In this document: one piece after another, positions 20,467-30,932 of the stretch
How the letters are laid out: every line of letters begins with the position of its first letter
Numbering within the stretch: the stretch's first letter is position 1
The notes under the pieces: generated by a model
What the model saw: the letters and a program-made list of their open reading frames with translations, nothing else
Databases searched by the model: none
What the model was told of the DNA's origin: nothing
Made by a program: the position numbers and the translations under genes
From: Rubripirellula sp.
GTDB lineage: Bacteria; Planctomycetota; Planctomycetia; Pirellulales; Pirellulaceae
Length of the DNA stretch: 64,000 nt
NCBI GenBank assembly: GCA_029245125.1
Contig: JAQWPZ010000208.1
Location: 1,111 to 65,110, forward strand
Direction: 5' to 3'

Positions 20467-22776
20467 GTGATTCGAATCCTCTTCGCAGCTCTGCTTTGCT
20501 CGCACCCGCTGCTCACCAGCGGTGGATTGCTTCAGGCCGAATCGGTTGATTTCAACCGAGATGTCCGGCCGATCTTGTCAGACCACTGCTTCGATTGCCA
20601 CGGTCCCGATCAAGCCACTGTTGCTGCTGACCTGCGGCTTGACGTAGCGGACTCTGCGACCGACGTGATCGAACCTGGGAACCCTGAAGCGAGCGAGCTG
20701 ATCCATCGCATCTTCTCCAAGGATCCTGATGACCAAATGCCTCCTCCTGACGCGAAGCGTCAGCTGACTGACACTGAGCGTGAAACCTTAGTGAAATGGA
20801 TTCGTGAAGGCGGCGAATTCGCTCAACATTGGTCGTTGGTACCGCCGCGACACTCAACTGTCCCGGAAATCGAATCCGACCGATGGCCTCGCGATCCTCT
20901 TGATGGGTTTGTTTTAACTCGTCTTCGCGACCAAGGCTTGAACCCCGCCCCACGAGCCTCCGCCGAGACACTCGTGCGACGAATCACACTCGACCTTACC
21001 GGACTACCGCCGACGGCGGCCGAAATTGATGCCTTTTTAAAAGATGAATTGGACGTCGCCATTGAGAGATTGGTGAATCGGCTGATGCAGTCGCATCGCT
21101 ATGGCGAACACATGGCATTACCGTGGCTGGAAGCTGCCCGGTATGCGGACACCGATGGTTACCAAAACGATCGCTATCGCTACCAGCATGTATGGCGAGA
21201 CTGGGTAATCGAAGCTTACAACCAACATATGCCGTATGATCAATTTGTCATCGAGCAGCTTGCTGGCGATCTTCTGCCAAACGCGACATTGCGTCAGCAA
21301 GTCGCGACTGGATTCGGTCGTAACCACCGAATCAATTCAGAGGATGGATCCATCCCCGAAGAATGGCGCACCGAGTACGTGGCTGATCGCGTCGATACTT
21401 TTGGCACTCTCTTCTTAGGGCTAACTGTTTCATGCGCTCGCTGCCACGACCACAAATATGACCCTATCACTCAGCGAGAGTATTACCAACTTTACGCCTA
21501 CTTCAACAACATTGCGGAATGGGGTGTCGGGCCAAACAATGGCAACAGTCCGCCGTTCATCAAGGTGCCTGCAAGCTGGCCCGACTTATCACCTGGCGAA
21601 GACCGAATGATCACGCCAGATCCCGTCAAGCTACACCGAGCGCGCGCCGAAGCCGGCAATGGTTTGCAGCGACCCCAAGCAGGCGATCCAAACACGGTGA
21701 TGGTCATGCATGAACTCGCCGAACCAAGGCTAACGCATGTGCTCCAGCGGGGCCAATACAACATGCCTGATCTCAGCCAACCAGTAACCGCCTCGGTCCC
21801 CGAGTCTCTCGCATCAAGCACACCAGGAATCACACCGAGCAATCGACTAGAACTCGCTAGGTGGCTGTTCCATCCCAATCATCCGTTGACTGCACGGGTT
21901 GCGGTGAATCGCCTCTGGCAGCAATTCTTTGGCGCTGGCCTTGTCGAGACGGGCGACAACTTGGGATCTCAAGGATCACTGCCTTTACATCCCGAATTGC
22001 TCGACTACTTGGCGTTAGAGTTCATTCGCGGCGGGTGGGATATCCAGGCAATTCAACGGCGAATCATCCACAGCGCGACCTACCAACAAGATTCACAAGT
22101 AACAGATCAATTACTGGAAATCGATCCGAAAAATCGCCTACTGTCGCGAGGGCCGCGATACCGCTTACCCGGCTTTATTGTTCGCGACCAAGCAATGGTC
22201 TTGAGCGGATTATTAGTCGACCAAGTTGGTGGCCCATCGACCAAGCCCTACATGCCACCCAAGATCTGGTCCGCAATTTCCAACAACAAGTACAAACAAG
22301 ATAAAGGTAGCAACCTCTATCGCCGAAGCGTTTACACCTACTGGCGCCGCACCATACCGCCCCCGATGATGATGAACTTCAATGCAGCGGCCCGAGAAGT
22401 ATGCACAGTGCAAACTGAATCGACCAATACGCCACTGCAGGCATTGACATTGATGAACAACAAGACGTTCATCGAATGCGCACGTTTCTTCGCTGAACGA
22501 ATCTTGCGAAACCATGATCAATCGTCACCAAACAAAATCACAACTGCATTCCGCGAAGCCACTGGACGGCAGCCAACTGCCGCAGAAGCAGCGGTAATCA
22601 CCGATGCACACAGCCGCTTCCTAAAACATTATTCAAATGCACCAGAAGCAGCACAACAACTACTGGCAACCGGTGAGAATCAACGTGACAAGTCACTTCC
22701 ATTGATTGAACATGCGGCCATGACGATGACTGCTTCATTGATACTGAATCTCGACGAGACCATCAGCAAGGAATAG
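20467..22776 (+). CDS. Planctomycete cytochrome c (PSCyt)-DUF1549-DUF1553 protein
   Basis: SDHCFDCHG (CxxCH), QMPP, RRITLDLTGLPP, CARCHDHKYDP, NRLWQQFFG, RRSVYTYWRRT, NTPLQAL. Confidence 0.94.
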   Translation: MIRILFAALLCSHPLLTSGGLLQAESVDFNRDVRPILSDHCFDCHGPDQATVAADLRLDVADSATDVIEPGNPEASELIHRIFSKDPDDQMPPPDAKRQLTDTERETLVKWIREGGEFAQHWSLVPPRHSTVPEIESDRWPRDPLDGFVLTRLRDQGLNPAPRASAETLVRRITLDLTGLPPTAAEIDAFLKDELDVAIERLVNRLMQSHRYGEHMALPWLEAARYADTDGYQNDRYRYQHVWRDWVIEAYNQHMPYDQFVIEQLAGDLLPNATLRQQVATGFGRNHRINSEDGSIPEEWRTEYVADRVDTFGTLFLGLTVSCARCHDHKYDPITQREYYQLYAYFNNIAEWGVGPNNGNSPPFIKVPASWPDLSPGEDRMITPDPVKLHRARAEAGNGLQRPQAGDPNTVMVMHELAEPRLTHVLQRGQYNMPDLSQPVTASVPESLASSTPGITPSNRLELARWLFHPNHPLTARVAVNRLWQQFFGAGLVETGDNLGSQGSLPLHPELLDYLALEFIRGGWDIQAIQRRIIHSATYQQDSQVTDQLLEIDPKNRLLSRGPRYRLPGFIVRDQAMVLSGLLVDQVGGPSTKPYMPPKIWSAISNNKYKQDKGSNLYRRSVYTYWRRTIPPPMMMNFNAAAREVCTVQTESTNTPLQALTLMNNKTFIECARFFAERILRNHDQSSPNKITTAFREATGRQPTAAEAAVITDAHSRFLKHYSNAPEAAQQLLATGENQRDKSLPLIEHAAMTMTASLILNLDETISKE

Positions 22777-22794
22777 ACAAGGCAGAAACGATCG

Positions 22795-24213
<1,419 letters not shown>

Positions 24214-24483
24214 CATCGAACGGTTTCTTTGCCGCGATGAACTGCGGCGTGCAGTTCTCCCCCAGCCCACTGTGACGTCCCGCCTTGCCACTTCGGAACG
24301 TCTAAACCGCAAGAGCGTCTGGAAACAGTGAGGATTTCACCAGCAGGAGATCGGTAGAATCCGCTAGATTCGAGCCGACTCTCCTTGCAGATAAATCCCA
24401 CGCAACGATCAGGGACACCACTACGATTGCAAATCACAGCTGGCGAATTGATTTGGTCCAGGCCTAGTCAAGATCGCGAACAG

Positions 24484-25779
24484 CTAGACTTCCCACCCTT
24501 TGCGATAGCTCTCACGAATCAAATCCTGCGACTGATCATTTCCTGATGTGGTTAATGCCTCGGCATCCCAATCGAAGCCACCGCCACTTCGATAAGCAAC
24601 GTTGCCCAGCAAAACAGCTTCGGCCAATGGGCCGGAATAGGAGAAATCGCAAGTCGCTGGCTCACCACCCTTGCAGGCATTGATCCACTCTTGATGAAAA
24701 CCCGGTGAATCCTTCACAAAGGGGGTGGGTGGCTTGAAGTCAGCGAACTTTTCTTCAGGCAGTAACTTCCGCTGACTGAATCCTGCTAACAACATGCCCG
24801 CCTCGCCAATGAACAGCGTGTTGTTTCCTTTCTCCGGTAACCCATGCTGGCTGAGCAACTGCTTTGGGGCGCCGTGATACCAGTGCAAATCAACCGCCGC
24901 GTTCTGATTTGATTCTGCAAAGGAATACTTGACCTGCATTGCCTTGGGTGTCCTCACTGCATCGATTGGTGGCCCCGCCCCCTCCACTCGTTGAGGATAC
25001 TTCAAGCCGAGCGACCAATAAGGAATGTCAAGAATGTGGCATCCCCAGTTACCCGTTTCACCAGTTCCAAAATCCCACCAGAATCGCCAACCGTAAGGGC
25101 AAAACGAGGGATGGTAGGGACGAAATTCTGCCGGGCCAATCCACAAATCGTAATCGAGTGTTGGCGGGACGGAGACTGTTTCGTTCGGCATCTGCGGCAT
25201 GCCACGATTACCGCCAACCCAACAATGGACTTCTCGCACCTTTCCAATCGCACCACTCTGAACAAGTTCAACTACTCGGTGCATGTTCTCCATGGCATGC
25301 CGCTGCGCGCCGAGTTGTGTTGCCAATCCCTTCTCTTTCGCAAGATCGGTCAAAGTTCGTGTTTCCCAAACATTGTGGGCAAGCGGTTTTTCCAAATAAA
25401 CATGCAGCCCCATCTGCATCGCTGCCAGTGCTGGATGAAAGTGCGCGTGATCAGGCGTACTAATCGCAACACCGTCTAAATCTTTTCCGATCTGGTCCAA
25501 CATGCGTCGAAAATCAGTGAATCTCTTGACGTTGGGATGTCGCTTGAACGAATCTGCCGCCCGTTTTTCGTCAACATCAACAAAGGCGACAAGATTTTCG
25601 CCCGCCAATCCTCGAACATTCGCTGACCCACGTCCACCAACACCAATGCATGCGACGTTTAATTTTTCGTTCGAGTTTTGTGCTGCAGAGAGGCGTCTCG
25701 ACGCACCACCGTGGACAAAACCAATGCAAGACAAAGCAGACGCGTGGAGGACCGTTCGACGTTCAAGCGGAATTGACAT
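24484..25779 (-). CDS. Gfo/Idh/MocA family oxidoreductase (Tat-exported)
   Basis: ERRTVL twin-arginine-like signal; IGVGGRG; ISTPDHAH; YLEKPL; GNWGCHILD. Start set at ATG 25779. Confidence 0.92.
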   Translation of the reverse strand: MSIPLERRTVLHASALSCIGFVHGGASRRLSAAQNSNEKLNVACIGVGGRGSANVRGLAGENLVAFVDVDEKRAADSFKRHPNVKRFTDFRRMLDQIGKDLDGVAISTPDHAHFHPALAAMQMGLHVYLEKPLAHNVWETRTLTDLAKEKGLATQLGAQRHAMENMHRVVELVQSGAIGKVREVHCWVGGNRGMPQMPNETVSVPPTLDYDLWIGPAEFRPYHPSFCPYGWRFWWDFGTGETGNWGCHILDIPYWSLGLKYPQRVEGAGPPIDAVRTPKAMQVKYSFAESNQNAAVDLHWYHGAPKQLLSQHGLPEKGNNTLFIGEAGMLLAGFSQRKLLPEEKFADFKPPTPFVKDSPGFHQEWINACKGGEPATCDFSYSGPLAEAVLLGNVAYRSGGGFDWDAEALTTSGNDQSQDLIRESYRKGWEV

Positions 25780-26415
25780 GTTGCACTCACAATCACAGGA
25801 ATGAGGATAGGCTTCGACAGATTTCAAACGATTGTCCATCACGCGTTCGAGCATCTTCTGGCTAAATCAACGTGGCAACTCAATGTTCATTTCTAAACAT
25901 CTAAATCGCGTGATGCGTTGTGATGGAAATGAAGGACGCCAAGCTTTGAACCACCGAGCATCACTAATCTTCACCAATACGGGCACGCAGCACCATCAAT
26001 TCGACGATGTCGGACAAACAAAAGCTTAACGTATTTCCGACACGCTCTTCACGATTAGACTTCCGTCCCATTTACCAACAACCGGCTCGCCGCCCACACC
26101 CCACAGCTTCGCAAAAAGCAAATGAGTGGGGGGCTCACCCTGATTAATCGCCCGAGAACGGCAGAGACAGCGGAGCTCACTAGACATGCGTGGCGGCTTA
26201 CATTGATCCTTAAAATCGACTGATTCATTTACCCTTCATGAATCCAAAATCATTAAATACACGCGTCATTTTGACGAGACGGGGCATCCCGGCTTGAGCC
26301 AGTACCAACTGTGGTTTTCAGTCAACACGATCAAGTGATTCGGCGGTTACAAACGGAATCGTCGACCCAATTGGCCCATTCCCCAAACCTGCAGGGTTTC
26401 ATTGTTAAGAGTTTT

Positions 26416-26443
26416 TTGACAGAGGAACTTTCTGCCATAGGCT
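26416..26443 (+). promoter_or_regulatory. Candidate sigma-70 promoter for the flp/tad leader (TTGACA-16 nt-TAGGCT)
   Basis: Perfect -35 at 26416-26421 and a TAnnnT -10 at 26438-26443, about 90 nt upstream of the riboswitch. Confidence 0.45.
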
Positions 26444-26532
26444 TGGGGTGGAAGTGAGCGGACCGGTGTTCGGTCCGCTGCCGTTGCGTCACGGTTCGAG
26501 AATTCGAACTTTGCTGTAGCGGTCAGCCTTGC

Positions 26533-26646
26533 TCCCAAGACAAAGGCAAACCATTCGCAAGGGTGGGACGCAAAGCTACGGGTCCTCAGGTAACGCGTAA
26601 CCATTTGGTCACGCAATGCCATTAGGATCGCCGAGCTACCGTGGGA
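26533..26646 (+). ncRNA. Cyclic di-GMP-I (GEMM) riboswitch aptamer
   Basis: GGCAAACCATTC-GCAA-GGGTGGGACGCAAAGCTACGGGTCCT...AGGATCGCCGAGCTACCG matches the class I consensus (Vc2 GGCAAACCAUUCGAAAGAGUGGGACGCAAAGCCUCCGGCCUA...UAGGUAGCGGGGUUACCG). The closing stem is TCCCA/TGGGA. Lies in the 5' leader of flp. Confidence 0.93.
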
Positions 26647-26802
26647 TATTCGTTGCGAGTGATCGCGACGAATTGCCAAGGCGTGTCAGGCGAAAGTCGG
26701 AAACGAGGCTGCCCCAGTTCGGATCTGATTCAATTTGAATCAGGTCTCTAGTCGTCGTCGCATACCGGTAACGGTATGCATCTCACTCGCGAGGAGAGAG
26801 AC

Positions 26803-26982
26803 ATGAAGAATTTCGCTAATAGCATCGTAAATTTCCTGAAGGAAGAAGATGGCCCGACCGCGGTCGAGTACGCAGTGATGCTGGCTCTGATCGTAGTCGT
26901 TTGTTTGGCTGCTGTAGGCACCATTGGTACCAACGCGAACGCTAAGTTCGAAGCTGTCGGTGCCGCGATTGCCACTAATTAG
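26803..26982 (+). CDS. flp: Flp family type IVb pilin
   Basis: GAGGAG RBS and ATG 26803. The sequence FLKEEDG/PTAVEYAVMLALIVVV has the Gly cleavage site, the E+5/Y+6 Flp motif and a hydrophobic helix; 59 aa. Confidence 0.95.
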   Translation: MKNFANSIVNFLKEEDGPTAVEYAVMLALIVVVCLAAVGTIGTNANAKFEAVGAAIATN

Positions 26983-26985
26983 TTG

Positions 26986-27060
26986 AATGCCACTGAATTC
27001 AGTGGCATTTGACAAGAGTCTCGACGCCGCTCGGCGCGGATCCCGCTTGGGATCCGTGCC
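26986..27060 (+). terminator. Two strong stem-loops after flp (24-bp perfect palindrome 26986-27009; 12-bp stem 27033-27060), likely attenuating or mRNA-stabilising
   Basis: AATGCCACTGAATTCAGTGGCATT is self-complementary. GGCGCGGATCCC-GCTT-GGGATCCGTGCC forms the second stem. Neither has a long U-tract. Confidence 0.55.
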
Positions 27061-27128
27061 GCCGCGTTGGGATTTACTTCTTCGATTCAAAACCATCACG
27101 TCTCACATCTCAGTGGGAGAGGCCGCGG

Positions 27129-27239
27129 ATGAATTATCCATTGCTCCCAGCCGACACCGCCGCCTATGCGTGGCAGATTTCTTGCTGTCTTGTGACGTTA
27201 CTGTTTGCGATGTTTAGCTGGATGATTGGGCCACGCTAA
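27129..27239 (+). CDS. 36-aa single-TM small protein in the tad operon
   Basis: GGGAGAGG upstream of ATG 27129; MNYPLLPADTAAYAWQISCCLVTLLFAMFSWMIGPR; co-directional between flp and cpaA. Confidence 0.6.
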   Translation: MNYPLLPADTAAYAWQISCCLVTLLFAMFSWMIGPR

Positions 27240-27301
27240 ACCGGAACCGTCAACTCAAGACGGGAAACCACTCATAAATCAATCACGGGGAAAAAGATAT
27301 C

Positions 27302-27859
27302 ATGTCCGCCATACTTAACGTCGTCACCGAAAATTGGGTTGTCTGGTTCGTCACCTTTGTGCTGGTGGTTGCTGCCGTCATTGACGGAGCGATTTTAAAA
27401 GTTCCCAACTGGCTGACTTTTCCATTCATCACATGCGGTTGGATTCACTGGACGATGCAGGATGGCTGGAGCGGTCTGGGCTGGAGTTTGATGGGCACCG
27501 TCGTGGGAATGATGCTCCTTCTGTTACTACGAAACGTTGGTGGGATGGGTGCTGGCGACGTGAAACTGCTTGCCGGCGTTGGTGCTTGGATGGGAACATT
27601 GGTGACACTGTGGGCGTTCGCCGCCACCGCTCTAGTCGGAGGGATAATGGCCGCATTTATGATCTGGAAGAGCGGACAATGGCAGAAGCACTTCGCAATG
27701 GCTCACCAGATTCTTAACGAATGGAAGACCGTTCGTGATCCACAAAAATTGGCGGAAATCGCTCGCGAGCGGAAGCCAAACATGTATTTGCTACCCTACG
27801 GAATTCCGATGGCAATCGGATCAATCGCCTATTTCGCACTTGCTGGAATGCTGATTTGA
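27302..27859 (+). CDS. cpaA: A24 family prepilin peptidase (CpaA/TadV)
   Basis: AAVIDG (first Asp), KVPNWLT, GMGAGDVKL (second Asp), LPYGIPMAIG; multiple TM helices. Confidence 0.93.
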   Translation: MSAILNVVTENWVVWFVTFVLVVAAVIDGAILKVPNWLTFPFITCGWIHWTMQDGWSGLGWSLMGTVVGMMLLLLLRNVGGMGAGDVKLLAGVGAWMGTLVTLWAFAATALVGGIMAAFMIWKSGQWQKHFAMAHQILNEWKTVRDPQKLAEIARERKPNMYLLPYGIPMAIGSIAYFALAGMLI

Positions 27860-28125
27860 TCACATTCGTCATGCAGTCGGGGGTGTCGATGCCCCATGCG
27901 GGCTAGGTCGAGACGGAGGCCCCTTGTCAACGGACCGCCCGCTGGCAAGACAGGAAGAATACATCAAGTTGCGCGATCAGGTCGGCAATAGGCGTCAAGC
28001 GGTGCGGGTTGCAGCAATGCCATGCCTTGATCCGAAAATACCTATGGGTTGGCATACCGCGATGTTACCTCCTGTCCGCCCATGGGATCATTCAAAGGCA
28101 GCCTTCTCACGAGGCATGAACCGCG

Positions 28126-29175
28126 ATGCGAAATAAATCACTCTATCTGTTAGTGGCGTGCGTCTGCGGAACCGTCGCGGCGATTCTAGCGAGCCAGTGG
28201 CTGAACGCCCAAGCGAACTCAGGTGGCGCGGGGACCACCACGGAGATCTACGTTTCGACGGGTAGGATCGAGATCGGCGAAAAGATTACCCCCGAAAGAA
28301 TTCAGTGTGAGCAGTGGCCGGCAGATATCGTGCCGGAGGGTGCGACCGGCGATCTTTCGGCGCTGGAAAACAAGTACGCAAAGCAGTACGTGTCGAAGGG
28401 TGAGGCGATCATCCTGGATAAGCTGATGGAGGAGAACTTCAGCACGATTCCCAAAGGTTACAAAGTTGTGTCGATGAAGGCGTCGGACGTCACGATCGCC
28501 AACTTGGTCCAACCAGGGGATCGCGTCGACGTCGTTGGCTACTTCACTCGTAGCGAACTTATCCCACGCAGCATGACCAAAGCGGTTCTGATGGGCATTC
28601 GAGTTTATTCGCTGGACGGCGACACGGACCGAAAGGTTGGCGAGGACCGTCCAGCATCATTCCGCAACATCGAGCTATTGATACACGAAAAAGATGCTGA
28701 GGCGTGGGTGTACGCAAACGAACTGGGCAACATCAGTTTGAACTTGGGCAGCAACTCGGACTACAGCAACACCGACGGATCCAATGAAGCAGGCCAAGAG
28801 TTCTTGGAGTGGCTTGAAAATTATCGTAAACAACAAGACGAGAAAGAAGAGCAGAAGGATCTCGACCAACTGCGTCCAGCGAGCCCAGCTATCAACCTGC
28901 AACAAGAAACGAAACCGGAACCGGAACCAAAAGAAGAAGGTTTCAGGATGCTTAAACTCTTCGAAGGACGAATTGTCGAATACTGGATCGTACCCGGAAA
29001 GGCCCCCGTCGTGATCGGGGAAGCAGGAGCAACCGGGGGTTACGAATCCAGTCCCAGCGAGGAATCGGGCGGAGAAATTCCGCCAATCAAATCGAGTAAC
29101 GACGATCACGAATTTCTAAACGGTGAATTCAGTCCGTTCTTTGAATCGGACGGAGACCCATCGGTGAGAAATTAG
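28126..29175 (+). CDS. cpaB: Flp pilus assembly protein CpaB/RcpC
   Basis: N-terminal TM; SAF domain (IEIGEKIT...EQWPADIVPEG); IPKGYKVVS; LVQPGDRVDVV; acidic C-terminal tail. Confidence 0.92.
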   Translation: MRNKSLYLLVACVCGTVAAILASQWLNAQANSGGAGTTTEIYVSTGRIEIGEKITPERIQCEQWPADIVPEGATGDLSALENKYAKQYVSKGEAIILDKLMEENFSTIPKGYKVVSMKASDVTIANLVQPGDRVDVVGYFTRSELIPRSMTKAVLMGIRVYSLDGDTDRKVGEDRPASFRNIELLIHEKDAEAWVYANELGNISLNLGSNSDYSNTDGSNEAGQEFLEWLENYRKQQDEKEEQKDLDQLRPASPAINLQQETKPEPEPKEEGFRMLKLFEGRIVEYWIVPGKAPVVIGEAGATGGYESSPSEESGGEIPPIKSSNDDHEFLNGEFSPFFESDGDPSVRN

Positions 29176-29328
29176 CTACCACTCCGCAAAGACCGGCCCA
29201 CAACTGGTCTTTAAGAACCGTTTATCCTTTATTGAACTGTTACCCCATGGACCGTGATCGGCCACCGAGCATTCGGTGGCCAATCGATTCGAACGGACTC
29301 GAATCGGTCCCGCAAGGATGTACCCGAG

Positions 29329-30870
29329 ATGGAAACGACTCGACTAACTGCACGCCTGACGGCCGCCATCCTATTGGCCGCCGCACTCGCTGCAACGTCT
29401 TCCAACACCGCTTCCGCGCAGTCCAATCCGGTCCAGCTAACATCCGCTGGTGCCACGGTCAGTCACAACATTTCCCAATCGGTCGAGCGTTTGGATATGT
29501 TGGTCAAGAGCAGCCGAATCCTGACGCTTGAAGCGCGAATCCCAAAATTCCAGGTTCACAACGAAGAAGTTCTGGGTGCCATCCCGGTCTCCCAAAACCA
29601 AATTCAGATCTTCGCCAAAACACCTGGGACGACCCAACTAAACCTCTGGGACACCGACGAGAAACTCTACACCGTCAACGTGACAGTGATGGCAGATGCT
29701 CGGGAAGTGGAGGGCATTTTAAGTTCACAACTGCCATTTGCTTCGTTGAAAGTGATGCCGATCAGTAATAGTGCGATCGTGACCGGCACTGTTACCAGTG
29801 TCGATGACGTCGACCGAGCAGTAGCCATTGTCGAGCAATTTTACGGCACCGTTGTCAACAACATCAAAGTGGTCGGCGTCCAACAGGTCCTGCTGCACAC
29901 ACGGATCATGGAAGTCTCTCGAACTAAATTGCGTGACCTCGGAATTGACTGGGGTACCTTCACCGGCAACTCGTTCTTTTATAATGCCCCGGGGCGGTTG
30001 CTAGACGCATCAAGCGGATCGGTAAGCGGCGCGGCCGCCACTGCAGAAGGTGTTTTATCGACCACCAACAACGTTCTGTCAGGCTCGGGAAATTTCACTG
30101 CATTGATTGCTGCACTGAGAAGGCAAGACCTGATCAAGTTCCTGGCTGAACCAACGGTCATCGCCACCCACGGACGCCCCGCTCGATTCAATGTCGGTGG
30201 ACGCGTGCCGTACATCGTCCCAACCGGTAACGGTTCGGTCTCGGTCCAATATGAGGAATACGGAACGGGAATTGATTTCCTCCCGTTTGTTGTCGGCCCT
30301 GGACGAATCCGCCTTGAAGTACGCCCTGAAGTGACCGAACCAGATGATTCACGAGGGATCACGGCAGCTGGCATTCAAGTCACCGCTTTCAGTCAGCGAT
30401 ACGTTGAAACGGCAGTGGAGCTTCAAGCTGGTCAAACTTTCGCGATCGCTGGCCTGTTGCAAAGCCGCACCGAGGCGGTGACCCAATCAACACCAATTCT
30501 TGGGGAAATCCCTTACTTCGGTGCGATGTTTCGCCGGGTGAAAGAAACTCGCAACGACATTGAATTGCTAATCACGGTCACGCCGGAATTAGTTGATGCG
30601 ATGAATCCGCATCAGGTACCGATGGGTGGACCAGGCCTGAATTCAACCTCTCCAAGCGACTGCGAGCTCTACCTCAATGGACATATTGAAGTCCCAAACA
30701 TGCTGGGCAACGAGGAACATTGCACGGTCGCAGGAGATGGCTACAGCACCTTGCACGGCCAGCCGAACAGTTTCAATGGGAGTGGTCAGATGCCAACAGC
30801 AGCCATTATCCCAACAGCTGAAGGAGTCATTGTCGGCGAAGGTGTAACGATCAGCGCACCCGCCCAATAG
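29329..30870 (+). CDS. cpaC: Secretin of the Tad pilus (CpaC/RcpA) with a BON domain
   Basis: Signal peptide; T2SS/T3SS pilus N domain; QQVLLHTRIMEVSR; LAEPTV; FNVGGRVP; GQTFAIAGL; PILGEIPYFGAMFR; ELLITVTP. Start likely ATG 29329 (the ORF opens at 29254). Confidence 0.94.
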   Translation: METTRLTARLTAAILLAAALAATSSNTASAQSNPVQLTSAGATVSHNISQSVERLDMLVKSSRILTLEARIPKFQVHNEEVLGAIPVSQNQIQIFAKTPGTTQLNLWDTDEKLYTVNVTVMADAREVEGILSSQLPFASLKVMPISNSAIVTGTVTSVDDVDRAVAIVEQFYGTVVNNIKVVGVQQVLLHTRIMEVSRTKLRDLGIDWGTFTGNSFFYNAPGRLLDASSGSVSGAAATAEGVLSTTNNVLSGSGNFTALIAALRRQDLIKFLAEPTVIATHGRPARFNVGGRVPYIVPTGNGSVSVQYEEYGTGIDFLPFVVGPGRIRLEVRPEVTEPDDSRGITAAGIQVTAFSQRYVETAVELQAGQTFAIAGLLQSRTEAVTQSTPILGEIPYFGAMFRRVKETRNDIELLITVTPELVDAMNPHQVPMGGPGLNSTSPSDCELYLNGHIEVPNMLGNEEHCTVAGDGYSTLHGQPNSFNGSGQMPTAAIIPTAEGVIVGEGVTISAPAQ

Positions 30871-30932
30871 TCGACGGAATGGTCGCAGAACCGTGACGAT
30901 CCCAAGACAGAAGGTATCGGATAACTTTCATC

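Noticed and set aside
27924-28136. 70-aa ORF between cpaA and cpaB
   Set aside because: TTG start with no clear RBS, featureless sequence, and overlap with the cpaB start.
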